Source: Thermovirgaceae bacterium
Lineage (GTDB): Bacteria > Synergistota > Synergistia > Synergistales > Thermovirgaceae
Direction of reading: 5' to 3'
Length of the DNA stretch: 64,000 bases
Assembly: GCA_040767805.1 (NCBI GenBank)
Contig: JAXGNU010000002.1
Location: forward strand, 32,001-96,000
In this document: positions 20,301 through 30,063 of the stretch, piece after piece
Layout of the letters: every line of letters starts with the position of its first letter
Position numbering within the stretch: the first letter of the stretch is position 1
Translations under genes and position numbers: made by a program
The notes under the pieces: generated by a model
Seen by the model: the letters and a program-made list of their open reading frames with translations, nothing else
What the model was told of the DNA's origin: nothing
Database searches by the model: none

Positions 20301-20751
20301 CGGACCCCTCGAGGATGAGGCTCGGTATCTCGCCGGCGAGACAGGCCGAACTGGCGATAAGACCCTTGGAATAACGGGAGAGTAGATCGTGATCGACCCT
20401 GGGGCGGTAGTAAAAACCATCGGTGTTCGCAAGGGAGACCAGTTTGACGAGGTTCTGGTACCCTTCCTGGTCCTCCGCGAGAACGATGAGATGGTAGGAC
20501 CTCCCCATGCGTTCCTTGAGGGTATGTCCCCTGGGGTCAACGTAGAGTTCACAACCGATGATGGGTTTGACCCCCTCCTTGCGGCAGGCCTCGTAGAATT
20601 CGACCGCGCCGTAGAGGACGCCATGATCGGTGAGGGCCACGGCGGGGCTTCCCCAGAGGGCGGCCCTTCCGGCGAGGTCCCCGCAGCGGATCGCGCCGTC
20701 GAGGAGGCTGTATTCGCTATGCACGTGAAGATGGACGAAAGGTTTTCCCAC
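17344..20751 (-). CDS. dnaE: DNA polymerase III alpha subunit
   Basis: PHP HLHVHSEYS, GPGRGSAAGS, SMPDIDTD, KMDFLGL, GYGFNKSH; length leaves no room for an intein. Confidence 0.98.
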   Translation of the reverse strand: MGKPFVHLHVHSEYSLLDGAIRCGDLAGRAALWGSPAVALTDHGVLYGAVEFYEACRKEGVKPIIGCELYVDPRGHTLKERMGRSYHLIVLAEDQEGYQNLVKLVSLANTDGFYYRPRVDHDLLSRYSKGLIASSACLAGEIPSLILEGSEEEALQRAMLYRDIFGEGNFFLEIMHNGIPEQAVANRALIRMSSQTGIPLVATNDAHYLEAGDASWHDVLLCVQTNATVNAPSRLRFGADDFYLRSPEEMWSLFGNDVPQALQNTVTIAERCNVGFSFSSYRLPRFEVRKGSSLEEELSIRAREGLQARFSGEVVPVGYSQRLDYELQVINQMGFAGYFLIVSDIINTAKEEGIPVGPGRGSAAGSLVAYSLRITEIDPLRYGLLFERFLNPERISMPDIDTDISDRGRDRVLEIIVEKYGRSHVAQIITFDRMKSRAAIRDVGRALDMRYPDVDRIAKLVPSGAASIEDALQQSPDLKQARKEDPSVNLLLDYASKIEGLARHCSQHAAGIVITPEPLTDVVPIRRIGEEQIVTQYSMEPLESLGLVKMDFLGLRTLSMIEEALSNIRRNGKEAPDLYSIPPDDRAAFDLLWRADTLGIFQLESSGMRQLLRQVRPDCFEDLIAALALYRPGPLGSGMVEQYIDCKHGRREISWLHDNLKEILRETHGMFLYQEQVMQCAATLAGYTLGEADLLRRAMGKKQADVMETQRKQFVEGCAGNGVKASDAEHIFNIIQEFAGYGFNKSHSAAYAMITYQTAYLKAHYPCEFYASFLSSHIHSKLDVLANHIRTVRNSGIKVLPPDVNRSEANFSVDRDVILFGLGAVSKMGQPTVEQIIGAREAGPYLSLWDFINRVDTRIVGRAVMENLIRAGAFDSITPNRRQLMESLPGMFELAQRRNDDCHSQQLLGLEDLSEEEGPVLLEVEDYDLHTRMEMEKEATGLYISGHPFDKYEKEVLPYTTCSITDLSFWRSEDCTAVVAGILAGVQEKFTRKGDRMGILELEDSSGKVEVICFPRTWSSIVPPEKGKAVVVKGSPRTRDGLSLIAEKVMALDELHGLARKWLRLRVLDDGASSKGRLRDIYRELKGHPGEAGVLLEVPLEGVKALLKVRDVFVEPSADLFARISELSGGSVEVV

Positions 20752-22511
20752 TATTCGGCCGCCCCTCCTTCGGGTTCTTCCGATCCTTCGGCGGTTTCGT
20801 CCTTGAGGACGTATAACTCGGCGTTGAAGGTTTTCTGTATCTCCATGAGGCGATCCTGTCTTTTTTCTCCCACCTTGCCCCCGCGCCGGTCGCCATCGGG
20901 ACCGCGGGAGGGGAACTCGGCAGGGGTCACCCGAAAGACCGGGAAAGGTGAAGGCACGGCCTCGGCGGGATCAGCGGGCAAGGGATCGATCCCGCCTTGG
21001 GAATCCCCATCCACCCGGACCGACCTCTCACCGCAGGCCAGTTCCATCGGCGCTCCCGAGAATCTATCGAGCCTTATCGAGTCCAGGTACGCCAGGTTCC
21101 TGGGGGAGGTGGCCAGTTCAAAGGAGAAGCGCTGCTCCTCGGGGAAGGTCACTACCAGCGAATCCCCGTCCTTTACGGAGGTCGTGGAGGCGCAGGCGCA
21201 ATAGAGGGGAAGGTTATCGGCGGCCATCGCCGCGACGCAATCCCCCCAATCTCCCGCGCCCGTGGAGGTGATCGGGGACGGAATATCCCCGGGGGTTTCG
21301 ACCTTCACCGGGGGATGGGGTTCTTCGTCCTTTTTCATCACCCCTGGCCCTGCCGCCTTCTTCGCGGGGGACTCCCCCTCGGGCAGGGGCTCCTCCTTTT
21401 TCCGCTCAATACGTCCACTTTTTGACCCAGGCGCAAGGAAGAGCCCGAGGAGCATGCCCAGGACAACCTCCCCCTTGAGACCGTACCGTGCCCTGGGGAG
21501 GGTGGCCGAGCAGAAATCAAGGGCCTTCCAGAGGTCGGGCTCTCTCCAGTGACCAGCTTCGCCCAGGATGAAGGACCTCTCCTCCTCGTTAAGGGGCAGC
21601 GAGTCGATCCCCTCTTCCTTCCACAAGACCGCGACGAGAATATCCCTGAAAAGCAGGAACAGGCCCTCCAGGAGGCGTTCAGCCGTCAGCCCGCGCTGGA
21701 AAAGCTCCGAGAAACCCCTGAACGCCTCGGGGGACCCATCCCTAAGGGCGGGGAGGAGTCTCTCCAGGTCGCTCCTTCCGCCCCCCCCGAGGATGCCCCT
21801 GATCTCCTCGAGCGAGACCGACGGGAGGCCCGTGGTCACCCCCTGCTCCAGCAAGGAAAGGGCGTCCCTCAGCGAACCGTCGGACTCCCTGGCTATCTCC
21901 CATAGGGCTTTCTCTTCGATATTCACCCCTTCCAAGGCCGACACCTTCCTGATGGTCTCCACGATGGCGGGAAGGGGGATACGGTGAAAAGGTATGTGCT
22001 GGCACCGGGACCGTATCGTTGCCGGGACCTTGTGCGGTTCCGTCGTGGCGAGGATGAAGACCACCGTCCTGGGAGGTTCTTCCAGGGTCTTCAGTAGCGC
22101 GTTGAAGGCCGGTTCGGTGAGCATGTGCACTTCATCGATAATGTAGACCTTGAACCTTCCGGAAAAGGGCGAAAGGGAGATATGCTCCTTGAGTTCCCTT
22201 ATCTCGTCAATGCCCCTGTTCGAGGCCCCGTCGATCTCAATGACGTCCAGGTTGTCCCCCGACGCGATGGAAACGCAACTGGGGCATTGCCCGCAGGGCT
22301 CTCCTTTTTCGTCGCGGTCGGGGCAATTCACGGCCTTGGCGACTATCCTGGCGAGGGTGGTCTTGCCGCTTCCCCTTGGGCCGGAAAAAAGATAGGCGTG
22401 GCTGTTTTTACCGCTCGCTATTTCCCTGCGAAGAAGGTTGACCGCCGCTTCCTGGGCCACGACTTCCGAAAAAAACCCCGGCCTGTGCCGGCGGTAAAGG
22501 GAAAGATACAT
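20751..22511 (-). CDS. dnaX: DNA polymerase III gamma/tau subunit
   Basis: YLFSGPRGSGKTT, Zn-binding Cys cluster, EIDGASN, DEVHML, TIRSRC. Confidence 0.96.
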   Translation of the reverse strand: MYLSLYRRHRPGFFSEVVAQEAAVNLLRREIASGKNSHAYLFSGPRGSGKTTLARIVAKAVNCPDRDEKGEPCGQCPSCVSIASGDNLDVIEIDGASNRGIDEIRELKEHISLSPFSGRFKVYIIDEVHMLTEPAFNALLKTLEEPPRTVVFILATTEPHKVPATIRSRCQHIPFHRIPLPAIVETIRKVSALEGVNIEEKALWEIARESDGSLRDALSLLEQGVTTGLPSVSLEEIRGILGGGGRSDLERLLPALRDGSPEAFRGFSELFQRGLTAERLLEGLFLLFRDILVAVLWKEEGIDSLPLNEEERSFILGEAGHWREPDLWKALDFCSATLPRARYGLKGEVVLGMLLGLFLAPGSKSGRIERKKEEPLPEGESPAKKAAGPGVMKKDEEPHPPVKVETPGDIPSPITSTGAGDWGDCVAAMAADNLPLYCACASTTSVKDGDSLVVTFPEEQRFSFELATSPRNLAYLDSIRLDRFSGAPMELACGERSVRVDGDSQGGIDPLPADPAEAVPSPFPVFRVTPAEFPSRGPDGDRRGGKVGEKRQDRLMEIQKTFNAELYVLKDETAEGSEEPEGGAAE

Positions 22512-22550
22512 CTTATCGCCTCCTGTGAAAGGGGCTCTCCTTGGGTTCGT

Positions 22551-23642
22551 CTACCTGTTGTAATCGGCCACAGGATGGATCATCCTGGCCCTGTTGAGCG
22601 ACATCAGGATGTTCTCCCTGAATTCCTCCAGCGAGGGCATACCGGGGAGGAGGTCCTTTTCGTAGGCGATCACCCCGAGGCCCACCCTGAGTGCTTTCTT
22701 GCCGCGGGTCTCCTGGATGGAGATATCGTAGGGCGAGGTTTCCATCTGCAGGTATTTGTCCAGCGATACAGCGACCTTGTTCATCAGTTCAGAGGCTCCC
22801 TCGGCCTTTGGCGCCCGCCATACCGGCTCCCCATCGATGCTGAGCAGGAGGGAGCCGCCCTCCTCGCGCGTCTGCACCCTCAAAAGACGAAGGGCCTTCT
22901 TCCTCTCCAGGGGCCACCCCTTTTCCCTGATGATGTTCCCTAGGCTCCTCACCCTATCCTTGGTCTTGGGGTGGTCAGCGTATATACCGGGGTCGACATA
23001 GGGCCTCTTCATCTCTTCCTCCTGCAACCTCTCCATCACCGTCACGGCCCCGGCCGGCTCGTATCCTGACTGTGACAGGATATTCAGTCCCTCTGAATCG
23101 GCTTCTCTCTCGAGGTCCTTGCTGTAGGAGTTCATGATCGCCACCTGGGCGAGGTTGGCCAGGATCGGCGCCGCGCCGGAACCCCCCGTGGCGATGATCA
23201 CCGCTAGGGCCCCGAGGGTCAGACGCTGGTTTCTTGACGATTGGATCATCCCGTGTTTCCTGTCGGTGTGGACCAGTTCATGGGCCAGGATCGAGGCTAC
23301 CTCATCGTCGCTGCGGCAGAACTCCAGCATCCCCGTGGTCATGTATATCCTACCGCCGGGGAGGGCAAAGGCATTCGGCCTTCTTTCCTCCACGAGACGG
23401 ACCTCGAAGGGTAGGTCCCGCTCGGTGAAGGGGGTCAGCCTTGAAAGGATCATGGCTACCCTTGCCACCCGGACGGGGTCTGTCACACAGCCCCATTGCT
23501 TTTCAACCTGCTCGGAGACCTTATCGGCCAGTTTGATCTCCCTGTCCAGTTCCTCCGTGCCGGCTACGCAAGGGTATGAAGAGAACAGGATAAAAAGGGA
23601 GAGCGCGAGGAGGTACCCGATGGCGGTTAACCGTTTCCGCAT
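22551..23642 (-). CDS. M48 family Zn metallopeptidase, exported
   Basis: Signal peptide, PNAFALPGG, HELVH, EREAD, HP motif. Confidence 0.9.
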   Translation of the reverse strand: MRKRLTAIGYLLALSLFILFSSYPCVAGTEELDREIKLADKVSEQVEKQWGCVTDPVRVARVAMILSRLTPFTERDLPFEVRLVEERRPNAFALPGGRIYMTTGMLEFCRSDDEVASILAHELVHTDRKHGMIQSSRNQRLTLGALAVIIATGGSGAAPILANLAQVAIMNSYSKDLEREADSEGLNILSQSGYEPAGAVTVMERLQEEEMKRPYVDPGIYADHPKTKDRVRSLGNIIREKGWPLERKKALRLLRVQTREEGGSLLLSIDGEPVWRAPKAEGASELMNKVAVSLDKYLQMETSPYDISIQETRGKKALRVGLGVIAYEKDLLPGMPSLEEFRENILMSLNRARMIHPVADYNR

Positions 23643-23759
23643 AGGCCTTCCTTCCCGGGTCTTTGATGGGATCCTTTGCCTGCTATTTTAAGGCAAAGAA
23701 CCCGATGCGGGAATGGCGGCTCCTCCCCCGGGGAAGTGCTCCGGCCGTGGGCGGCGTCA

Positions 23760-24245
23760 TCATGTCCCGAGGCCGCGTACGAGACCTAGGGTCATCTCCC
23801 TGATGATCGCCGCTACCTCCCTGTAGCGGGGCAGGCCGGACCCGAAGGGGTCAGGCACCTCCAAGGCATCGCCCCGGCAGAAGGGGAGCGAGGCCTCCCC
23901 CAGGAGGCGGATCGTCGCACCCTCGCCCAGAGGCAGCCTCTTCATGCGGTCCACGTGTTCCCTGGTCATCCCCAGGGCCAGGGACCCACCCGGCGGGGTC
24001 CAGGACTCCGCTCGCCTCGAGCGATGCCCCGAGATGTCTATACCGTGTTCGAGCATCACCCTGACCGCGAATTCGGTGGCGGGCAGCCCCTCGATAGCCG
24101 CGACTCCCAGGGATGAGGTTTTCCATCGGTCGTCCAGCCCGCGGAGCTTGAGGAAATGCCTCGCGAACCCTTCGGCCATCGGGCTCCTGCAGGTGTTGCC
24201 CGAGCAGACGAACACTACCTCCCTCAATGGGTCCCGGCTGTCCAT
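23760..24245 (-). CDS. Low-molecular-weight protein phosphatase (YwlE/arginine-phosphatase-like)
   Basis: FVCSGNTCRSPMAE P-loop and VPDPFG. Confidence 0.9.
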   Translation of the reverse strand: MDSRDPLREVVFVCSGNTCRSPMAEGFARHFLKLRGLDDRWKTSSLGVAAIEGLPATEFAVRVMLEHGIDISGHRSRRAESWTPPGGSLALGMTREHVDRMKRLPLGEGATIRLLGEASLPFCRGDALEVPDPFGSGLPRYREVAAIIREMTLGLVRGLGT

Positions 24246-24249
24246 GGGG

Positions 24250-25182
24250 TCAATCGAGTTTCTCGACCTGGACCTGGGTCGCGAGCTGATCTATCTCCGA
24301 TCGGCCGCGGAAGCCCTTTTCGACGCGGAGGGAATTCTCCCATGCGCAGGCCGTGGAAAAGCGTATGGTATCCTCGGCGCTCATCCTTTCCTCCCGGGCG
24401 ATCATGAAACCCGCGACCAGGGCGTCATCGGAGGCGAACAGCGAAGCCAGGCCCTTCCGCTCGTACTCCGCGAGGTAGATCCCCTCGGGGGAGAAGAAGA
24501 CGGCGCCGTAGTTCCTGTAGGACGCGACGGCCCATTCGACCCCGTAATCGTGGACCCGGGAGACCACCTCGATGAGGTTGTCCAGGGATGTGAGCGAAAT
24601 GCCGGCCACCCAGGCCATAAAGCGGTGGTCCACCCTAGCGAAAGTCGGCCCGGCCTCAATGGCGGCCAGAAGTGGCGGTCCCGCCGCGTCGAGCAGGGTG
24701 GGGATCCCCTTGGACTTGGCCCTCTCGACCAGGTCCCTGTAAATATCCTGGGGGACCCCCGGCGGGAGGGAGCCCCCGATCATCACGAACCGGGCCCTGA
24801 CGAGCATCCTGTCGTAGTTTGAGAGGAACCTGCCGAGGGCCTCCTCGGGGATGTAGGGGCCGCTTTCCGCTACGCCGGTTTCGATGTGCCCCACCTCATC
24901 GACGATGTAGACGTTCGAACGGGTCTCACCGGGGACATGGATAAAGTTGGTGGTTATGTGGAGCCTCCTGAGGGCGTCCCTGATGTACTCGCCGTTGAAC
25001 CCCGCCAGGAAACCCATCGCCACCGAGGGGTAATCTACCTGGGATAGCATGTAGGAGACGTTGATGCCCTTGCCGCCCGGTGACCTGTTGACCTGGCCGG
25101 CCCGGAACCACTTTCCCGGCCGGAACTCCGGGACGAGGCACTCTTCGTCCACGGCCGGGTTCAGCGTAACGGTCACTATCAT
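24250..25182 (-). CDS. PfkB/1-phosphofructokinase family protein with divergent active site
   Basis: MIVTVTLNPAVD, PGGKGINVS, GETR, GSLPPG conserved; KPN and GAGD motifs altered. Confidence 0.88.
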   Translation of the reverse strand: MIVTVTLNPAVDEECLVPEFRPGKWFRAGQVNRSPGGKGINVSYMLSQVDYPSVAMGFLAGFNGEYIRDALRRLHITTNFIHVPGETRSNVYIVDEVGHIETGVAESGPYIPEEALGRFLSNYDRMLVRARFVMIGGSLPPGVPQDIYRDLVERAKSKGIPTLLDAAGPPLLAAIEAGPTFARVDHRFMAWVAGISLTSLDNLIEVVSRVHDYGVEWAVASYRNYGAVFFSPEGIYLAEYERKGLASLFASDDALVAGFMIAREERMSAEDTIRFSTACAWENSLRVEKGFRGRSEIDQLATQVQVEKLD

Positions 25183-25240
25183 GGTTCGCACCTCCCCCGA
25201 GGATCGCGAAGGCAATTACCGCCCCGAGAGGCTGGGGCTT

Positions 25241-26428
25241 TCACGACAGGAACTCCACCGCCTCTTCCAGGGACCCCACCTGCTTCGACCGTTGGATCCT
25301 TCCCCTCCGGAACTCCACCATGACGGGGAGGTTCGTGATGCCGAGCTTTTCAACCATCCTCTTGTTCTTGTAGCCGTCCAGGAGGACCACCTTTTTAATA
25401 CCGCCGTCGGTGCCCTCCTCGATCTTCGTTGCAAGCCGAGCCTGTACCTCGTCGATGCTGGAGAAGAAGAAGGCCGTGACCTGATCTGGCTCCAGGAGGA
25501 TACCCTGGAGGTGCAGTTGCTCCGATATATAGGAAGAAGCGGCCATGGCGGCCGTCGCGCCGTCTCCGGCGGCCGTTATTACCTGCCTCAGGTACTTGTC
25601 CCTGACGTCGCCGGCGGCGAAGACGCCTTCAACGCTGGTCTCCATCCTCTCGTTGGTCAACACCCAGCCGCCCTTCGAGGATTCGACAAGGCCTTCCATG
25701 AAGGATATATTGGGGTCCATGCCGGTGAAGACGAAGACCCCCGAAACAGGCAGTTCCGATATCTCACCGGTCCTGACGTTCTTAAGGACGAGCTTTTCGA
25801 GCATATCCTCCCCGGCGATCTCCTCAACGACGGAGTTCCACAGGACCTCTATCTTGGGGTTCGTCAGGGCTCTTTCCGTGGCCATCCGGTCGGCCCGGAA
25901 GCTGTCCCTCCGGTGGATGATATACACCTTCGAGGCGAACTGGGTTAGGTACACGGCCTCTTCCACGGCGGTGTTGCCGCCTCCGATGACGGCTATCTCC
26001 TGGTCCTCAAAAAAGGCCCCATCGCAGACCGCGCAGTAGCTGACGCCCCTGCCGGTGAACTCCTTCTCCCCCGGTGCGCCCAGCCTCCTGAAGCTCGCCC
26101 CGGTGGCTATGATGACGGCCTCGGCCTCGATCTCCCCCTTATCGGTATGGATGACCTTTCTCCCGCCGTCGACGGTTATCTTGCTGACCTCCGTTTCCAG
26201 GAACTCGGCCTTGAAGTGTTCGGCGTGCACCCTGAAGCTGTCGGCCAGTTCAGCGCCGCTGGCGTGCAGGACACCGGTCCAGTTCTCGATCTCGCCCGTG
26301 GAGTTTATCTGTCCTCCCGGTATCCCCTTTTCAAGGACGAGGACGTCGAGCCCCGATCTCTTCCCGTAGATGGCGGCCGTGAGCCCTGCCGGTCCCGCTC
26401 CTATGATCACGAGTTCCCTTTTTCCCAT
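25241..26428 (-). CDS. trxB: Thioredoxin reductase with C-terminal thioredoxin-like extension
   Basis: IIGAGPAGL, GVSYCAVCDG, GGGNTAVEEA, AAGDVR...RQVITA; about 90 extra C-terminal residues. Confidence 0.95.
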   Translation of the reverse strand: MGKRELVIIGAGPAGLTAAIYGKRSGLDVLVLEKGIPGGQINSTGEIENWTGVLHASGAELADSFRVHAEHFKAEFLETEVSKITVDGGRKVIHTDKGEIEAEAVIIATGASFRRLGAPGEKEFTGRGVSYCAVCDGAFFEDQEIAVIGGGNTAVEEAVYLTQFASKVYIIHRRDSFRADRMATERALTNPKIEVLWNSVVEEIAGEDMLEKLVLKNVRTGEISELPVSGVFVFTGMDPNISFMEGLVESSKGGWVLTNERMETSVEGVFAAGDVRDKYLRQVITAAGDGATAAMAASSYISEQLHLQGILLEPDQVTAFFFSSIDEVQARLATKIEEGTDGGIKKVVLLDGYKNKRMVEKLGITNLPVMVEFRRGRIQRSKQVGSLEEAVEFLS

Positions 26429-26483
26429 CGACCATTCCTCCTGAACGTAAGGTTTTATCTCCGTGAAAACTCACCATATTGTA

Positions 26484-27332
26484 TCAGAAGGGCGACCTCT
26501 TCAAAACGACCACCCTGGCGCTTCCCCGTAGGTCACTGACCACGGACAGGACCGTCATCACTCCCCGGGTCATCGAAATCAACTCCTCCGCCTGCTCGCC
26601 GCCTCCCATCTCGAGGACGAGAGTCCCCCCCGGCGCGAGGGCCGCCGTCGCCCACCGTGCCAGGGCCCGGTAATGGTCGAACCCGTCCTCGCCGCCATCG
26701 AGGGCGCAGGGGGGCTCGTAACGGCTTACTTCGGGCATCAGGTCCGGGATCACCCCGGTGGGGATGTAAGGGGGGTTGCTGATGATCATCCCGAAGCCGC
26801 CCGGCGGCATGGGGATCCTTTCAAAGGACGGGCTGTGGCAGAGAAGGCACCTTCCCAGGAGGCCCATTTCCTTGAAGTTCTTCCATGCCCAGGCGATGGC
26901 CCTGGGGCTGTCGTCTACGGCTACGCACCTGCTTTCGGGGTTCTCGAGCAGTATCGAGGCGGCGATGCATCCCGAACCGGTGCCCCAGTCCAGGAAAGTC
27001 CCCTCCCGGAAGTACTTCCTGCTTTCCAGCACGAGCAGTTCCGTCTCGGGGCGGGGGACCAGGCAACCCGGGCCGACCCGAAAAGTTCGGCCCATGAATT
27101 CGCAGACACCGGTTATGTACTGAAGGGGTTCCCTGGCAACCCTCCTTTCCAGGGCTTCCGCCAGGACCGGGAGGAGGCCGTCGGGGAAAAGCCTTTCCGG
27201 GTGGGCCAAGAGGCTGGCCCGCTCCCACCCCGTGATGTGGCGGATCAGGAGGTCGGCCTCGAGCCGGGGGCTCTCGACCCCGGCCTCGGCCAGTCTTGCG
27301 GCGGTTTCTTTTCTTACTTCCCGAAGGTTCAA
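26484..27332 (-). CDS. prmC: Release factor glutamine methyltransferase
   Basis: EPLQYI, LVPRPETE, DWGTGSG, SNPPY, ALDGG; follows prfA. Confidence 0.96.
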   Translation of the reverse strand: MNLREVRKETAARLAEAGVESPRLEADLLIRHITGWERASLLAHPERLFPDGLLPVLAEALERRVAREPLQYITGVCEFMGRTFRVGPGCLVPRPETELLVLESRKYFREGTFLDWGTGSGCIAASILLENPESRCVAVDDSPRAIAWAWKNFKEMGLLGRCLLCHSPSFERIPMPPGGFGMIISNPPYIPTGVIPDLMPEVSRYEPPCALDGGEDGFDHYRALARWATAALAPGGTLVLEMGGGEQAEELISMTRGVMTVLSVVSDLRGSARVVVLKRSPF

Positions 27333-27335
27333 GGC

Positions 27336-28412
27336 TCAGCCTTCCATGGATCTCAACTTCTCCGCCTGGTCTGCCATGACCAGGGCGCTTATCATTTCCT
27401 GGAGGTCCCCTTCGAGCATGCTGTCCAGCCGGTGAAGGGTCAGGCCGATGCGATGGTCGGTCACCCGATTCTGGGGGAAGTTGTAGGTGCGAATCCTCTC
27501 GGACCTTTCACCCGTCCCGACCTGCCCCTTCCGTTCGGCGGCCATCTTCTCCTGCTGTTGCCTGAGTTCGAGGTCGTAAAGCTTGGCCCTCAAGAAATTC
27601 ATGGCCCTGATGCGGTTCTTGATCTGCGACCTTTCGTCCTGGCACGTAACGACAAGGCCGGTGGGAAGGTGGGTTATCCTGACGGCGGAGTCGGTCATGT
27701 TCACGTGCTGTCCCCCCGCCCCGCTGGCCCGATAGGTGTCGATCTTGAGGTCTTCCTGCCTGACCTCGACGTCGACGTCCTCGGCCTCGGGAAGCACCGC
27801 CACCGTCGCGGTGGAAGTATGGATCCTCCCGCTCGATTCGGTCACGGGGACCCTCTGGACCCTGTGGACGCCGCTTTCGAATTTGAGCTGGCTGTAAGCT
27901 CCTTGGCCGTCGATCCTGAAGACGACCTCCTTGTAACCGCCGATACCGGTCTCGTTGGTGTTCAGGACCTCGATGCCCCACCCGTTGTTCTCGGCGAAGA
28001 GGGAGTACATCCGGAAAAGATTCCCCGCGAAAAGGGCGGCCTCTTCGCCCCCGGCTCCAGCCCTTATCTCCACGATGACGCTTTTGTCATCGTTGGGGTC
28101 CTTAGGCAATAGGAGGACTTGAAGCCGCGACTCCAGTTCCTCCATTTTCGGCTCGAGTTCGCGCGTCTCTTCCCGGGCCAGTTCACTGAGTTCGGGGTCC
28201 CCGGAATGGGTGAGTTCCCTGGCTTCTTCCAGCCTGGTCCGGGTATCCTTGTATTCCCTGTAGACCTCCACTATGTCAATGATCTCGGAGCGTTTTTTCC
28301 CGAGCCGCTGGAGCTCTCCCGGGTTCGAAGCTGCCGAGGGCTCGGACATCCTGCGTTCGATCTCCTCGAGGGATCTTTCGAGTTCGTCCAGCTTCCCATC
28401 CATATTCATCAT
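27336..28412 (-). CDS. prfA: Peptide chain release factor 1
   Basis: [23 protein letters not shown]. Confidence 0.98.
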   Translation of the reverse strand: MMNMDGKLDELERSLEEIERRMSEPSAASNPGELQRLGKKRSEIIDIVEVYREYKDTRTRLEEARELTHSGDPELSELAREETRELEPKMEELESRLQVLLLPKDPNDDKSVIVEIRAGAGGEEAALFAGNLFRMYSLFAENNGWGIEVLNTNETGIGGYKEVVFRIDGQGAYSQLKFESGVHRVQRVPVTESSGRIHTSTATVAVLPEAEDVDVEVRQEDLKIDTYRASGAGGQHVNMTDSAVRITHLPTGLVVTCQDERSQIKNRIRAMNFLRAKLYDLELRQQQEKMAAERKGQVGTGERSERIRTYNFPQNRVTDHRIGLTLHRLDSMLEGDLQEMISALVMADQAEKLRSMEG

Positions 28413-29350
28413 CAATTTTCACCTTCCATGGGGCGCCTCGGGACATCCTCCCCCTCGAGGGCGAGGTCCAGCGCCGCCAAAGCCACTTCAATCTGCCCCA
28501 GGTCCGGCTCCCTCGTGGTCAGGTACTGCAGCCAGAGCGCCGGGGCCATCAGGACCCTCCCCAGGGTGCCGCTCTTCGAGCACCACCGGATCACCTCGTA
28601 GGAAACGCCTATCACTACGGGCAGGAGCAACAGCCTCGAGGTGACACGCCACAGTAAGGTCCCCCGTCCGGCCGCGGCGAAGACCAGGACGCTCACGGCG
28701 ACCACCACCAGGAGAAAGGAGGTGCCGCAACGGGAGTGTATCCTGGAAAACCGGGACACCTGTTCCTTCTCGAGCGGGGCTCCCGACTCCCAGGCGTTTA
28801 TGGTCTTGTGTTCCGCCCCGTGGTAGGCGAACACCCTGGCGATATCCTTCCAAAGCCCTATGATGGCGATGTAGGCCACGAAGAGCGCGGCCCTGGCCGC
28901 CCCTTCCATGATGTTCCCCCAAAAAGGGCTCATACTCAGGTACTTGACCCCCAGGTCGGAGGCCCAGACGGGGAGCAATATGAAGAGCCCCACTACCCCG
29001 AGCAGGGCCACGGCGAAGGTGGCGATCAGCTCGAGGGAGCCTATCTTCTCGTCCTCGCCCAACGCTACCTGGGCCGAAAGGGAAATGGCCCTGAAACCGG
29101 TGACGAGCATCTCGGCCATCGTCGCAAAACCGCGGAGGACCGGGAGGTTCCAGGGGAAGGGGGAGTTCCAGGGCAGGGATTCCCATTTCTTCTTCCAGAT
29201 GTCCCCTCCGGGGGCTCTCACGGCCAGGGCCCAGCTGCCGGGCCCCCTCATGAGAACACCCTCGATGACAGCCTGGCCCCCGACGGGTATCTCCCTGGCC
29301 GAAAGAAGATAGGCCAGGACGAGGGAAAGGGAATGAAGGGCTTTTAGCAT
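28412..29350 (-). CDS. DUF1385 family membrane protein
   Basis: [36 protein letters not shown]; usual rpmE/prfA neighbourhood. Confidence 0.9.
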   Translation of the reverse strand: MLKALHSLSLVLAYLLSAREIPVGGQAVIEGVLMRGPGSWALAVRAPGGDIWKKKWESLPWNSPFPWNLPVLRGFATMAEMLVTGFRAISLSAQVALGEDEKIGSLELIATFAVALLGVVGLFILLPVWASDLGVKYLSMSPFWGNIMEGAARAALFVAYIAIIGLWKDIARVFAYHGAEHKTINAWESGAPLEKEQVSRFSRIHSRCGTSFLLVVVAVSVLVFAAAGRGTLLWRVTSRLLLLPVVIGVSYEVIRWCSKSGTLGRVLMAPALWLQYLTTREPDLGQIEVALAALDLALEGEDVPRRPMEGEN

Positions 29351-30039
29351 CCGGAGAGGACCTCTTCCATGCTTGAAAAGGGTCTCCCGCAGGGTCTGCT
29401 CTCAAAGCAGCGACCCTTGGTAAGGCAATCGGGGCCCGCCAGCGAAAAAAGCACGGGCGCCTTCTCCCTTGCCAGGATCAGCATCCTGCGGGCGAGATCC
29501 CGGATCTCCCACTGGGACCTGCGGCAGAGGCGCACCGAGAAGAAATGATGCAGTTCGCGGGCGTTCATCGTCACAACCATCTTCGTGGCCCAACCATGGG
29601 GGAGGATATACCGGGCGTCCTCGGCGGGTATACCGGAGCCGATCATCTTCCCGTAAGCGTCGTGGGCCTCAGCGGCGACCCTCGTGAAAAGGGCCAGGGC
29701 CTCCCGGTTGGAGGACAGGGACGGAGGGGTTATCACTTCCGGTTCTTCCATGGTAACGTAACGCTGGCTCTGCTGGGAATAGCTGGCCATCCTGTGCCTG
29801 ACCAGCTGGTGGGAACAGACCCTGCTGATCCCGTCGATGGCGAAAGTGAAGGACGCGTGCTCGAAGGGGGAGAGGTGCCCCGAGGACCTCAGGTGGCCGA
29901 TAAATCGGGATACATCCTCTTCCCTGAAGCCTTCGGCAATCTCCACGGCGGAGGCGTCGCTGTAGCATAGCCTCGCGGCGGCGGCTACGGTCCTGTCGGG
30001 TTCGGGGGTGTTCGCCAACAGCAGGACACCGATCGGCAT
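29344..30039 (-). CDS. thyX: Flavin-dependent thymidylate synthase
   Basis: GHLSPFEH, RHRMASYSQQSQR signature, DARYILP, SQWEIR. Confidence 0.96.
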   Translation of the reverse strand: MPIGVLLLANTPEPDRTVAAAARLCYSDASAVEIAEGFREEDVSRFIGHLRSSGHLSPFEHASFTFAIDGISRVCSHQLVRHRMASYSQQSQRYVTMEEPEVITPPSLSSNREALALFTRVAAEAHDAYGKMIGSGIPAEDARYILPHGWATKMVVTMNARELHHFFSVRLCRRSQWEIRDLARRMLILAREKAPVLFSLAGPDCLTKGRCFESRPCGRPFSSMEEVLSGC

Positions 30040-30063
30040 GGATTCACCTCTTACGTGCGGCTG

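Noticed and set aside
21395..21430. Programmed -1 frameshift in dnaX (gamma subunit)
   Set aside because: The best site reads G AAA AAG, not A AAA AAG, and no long A-run for transcriptional slippage was seen.
26673..29405. Long alternative-frame ORFs (26673-28112 +, 28488-29405 -) and similar ones across the window
   Set aside because: Shadows of real high-GC genes, with no independent motifs.
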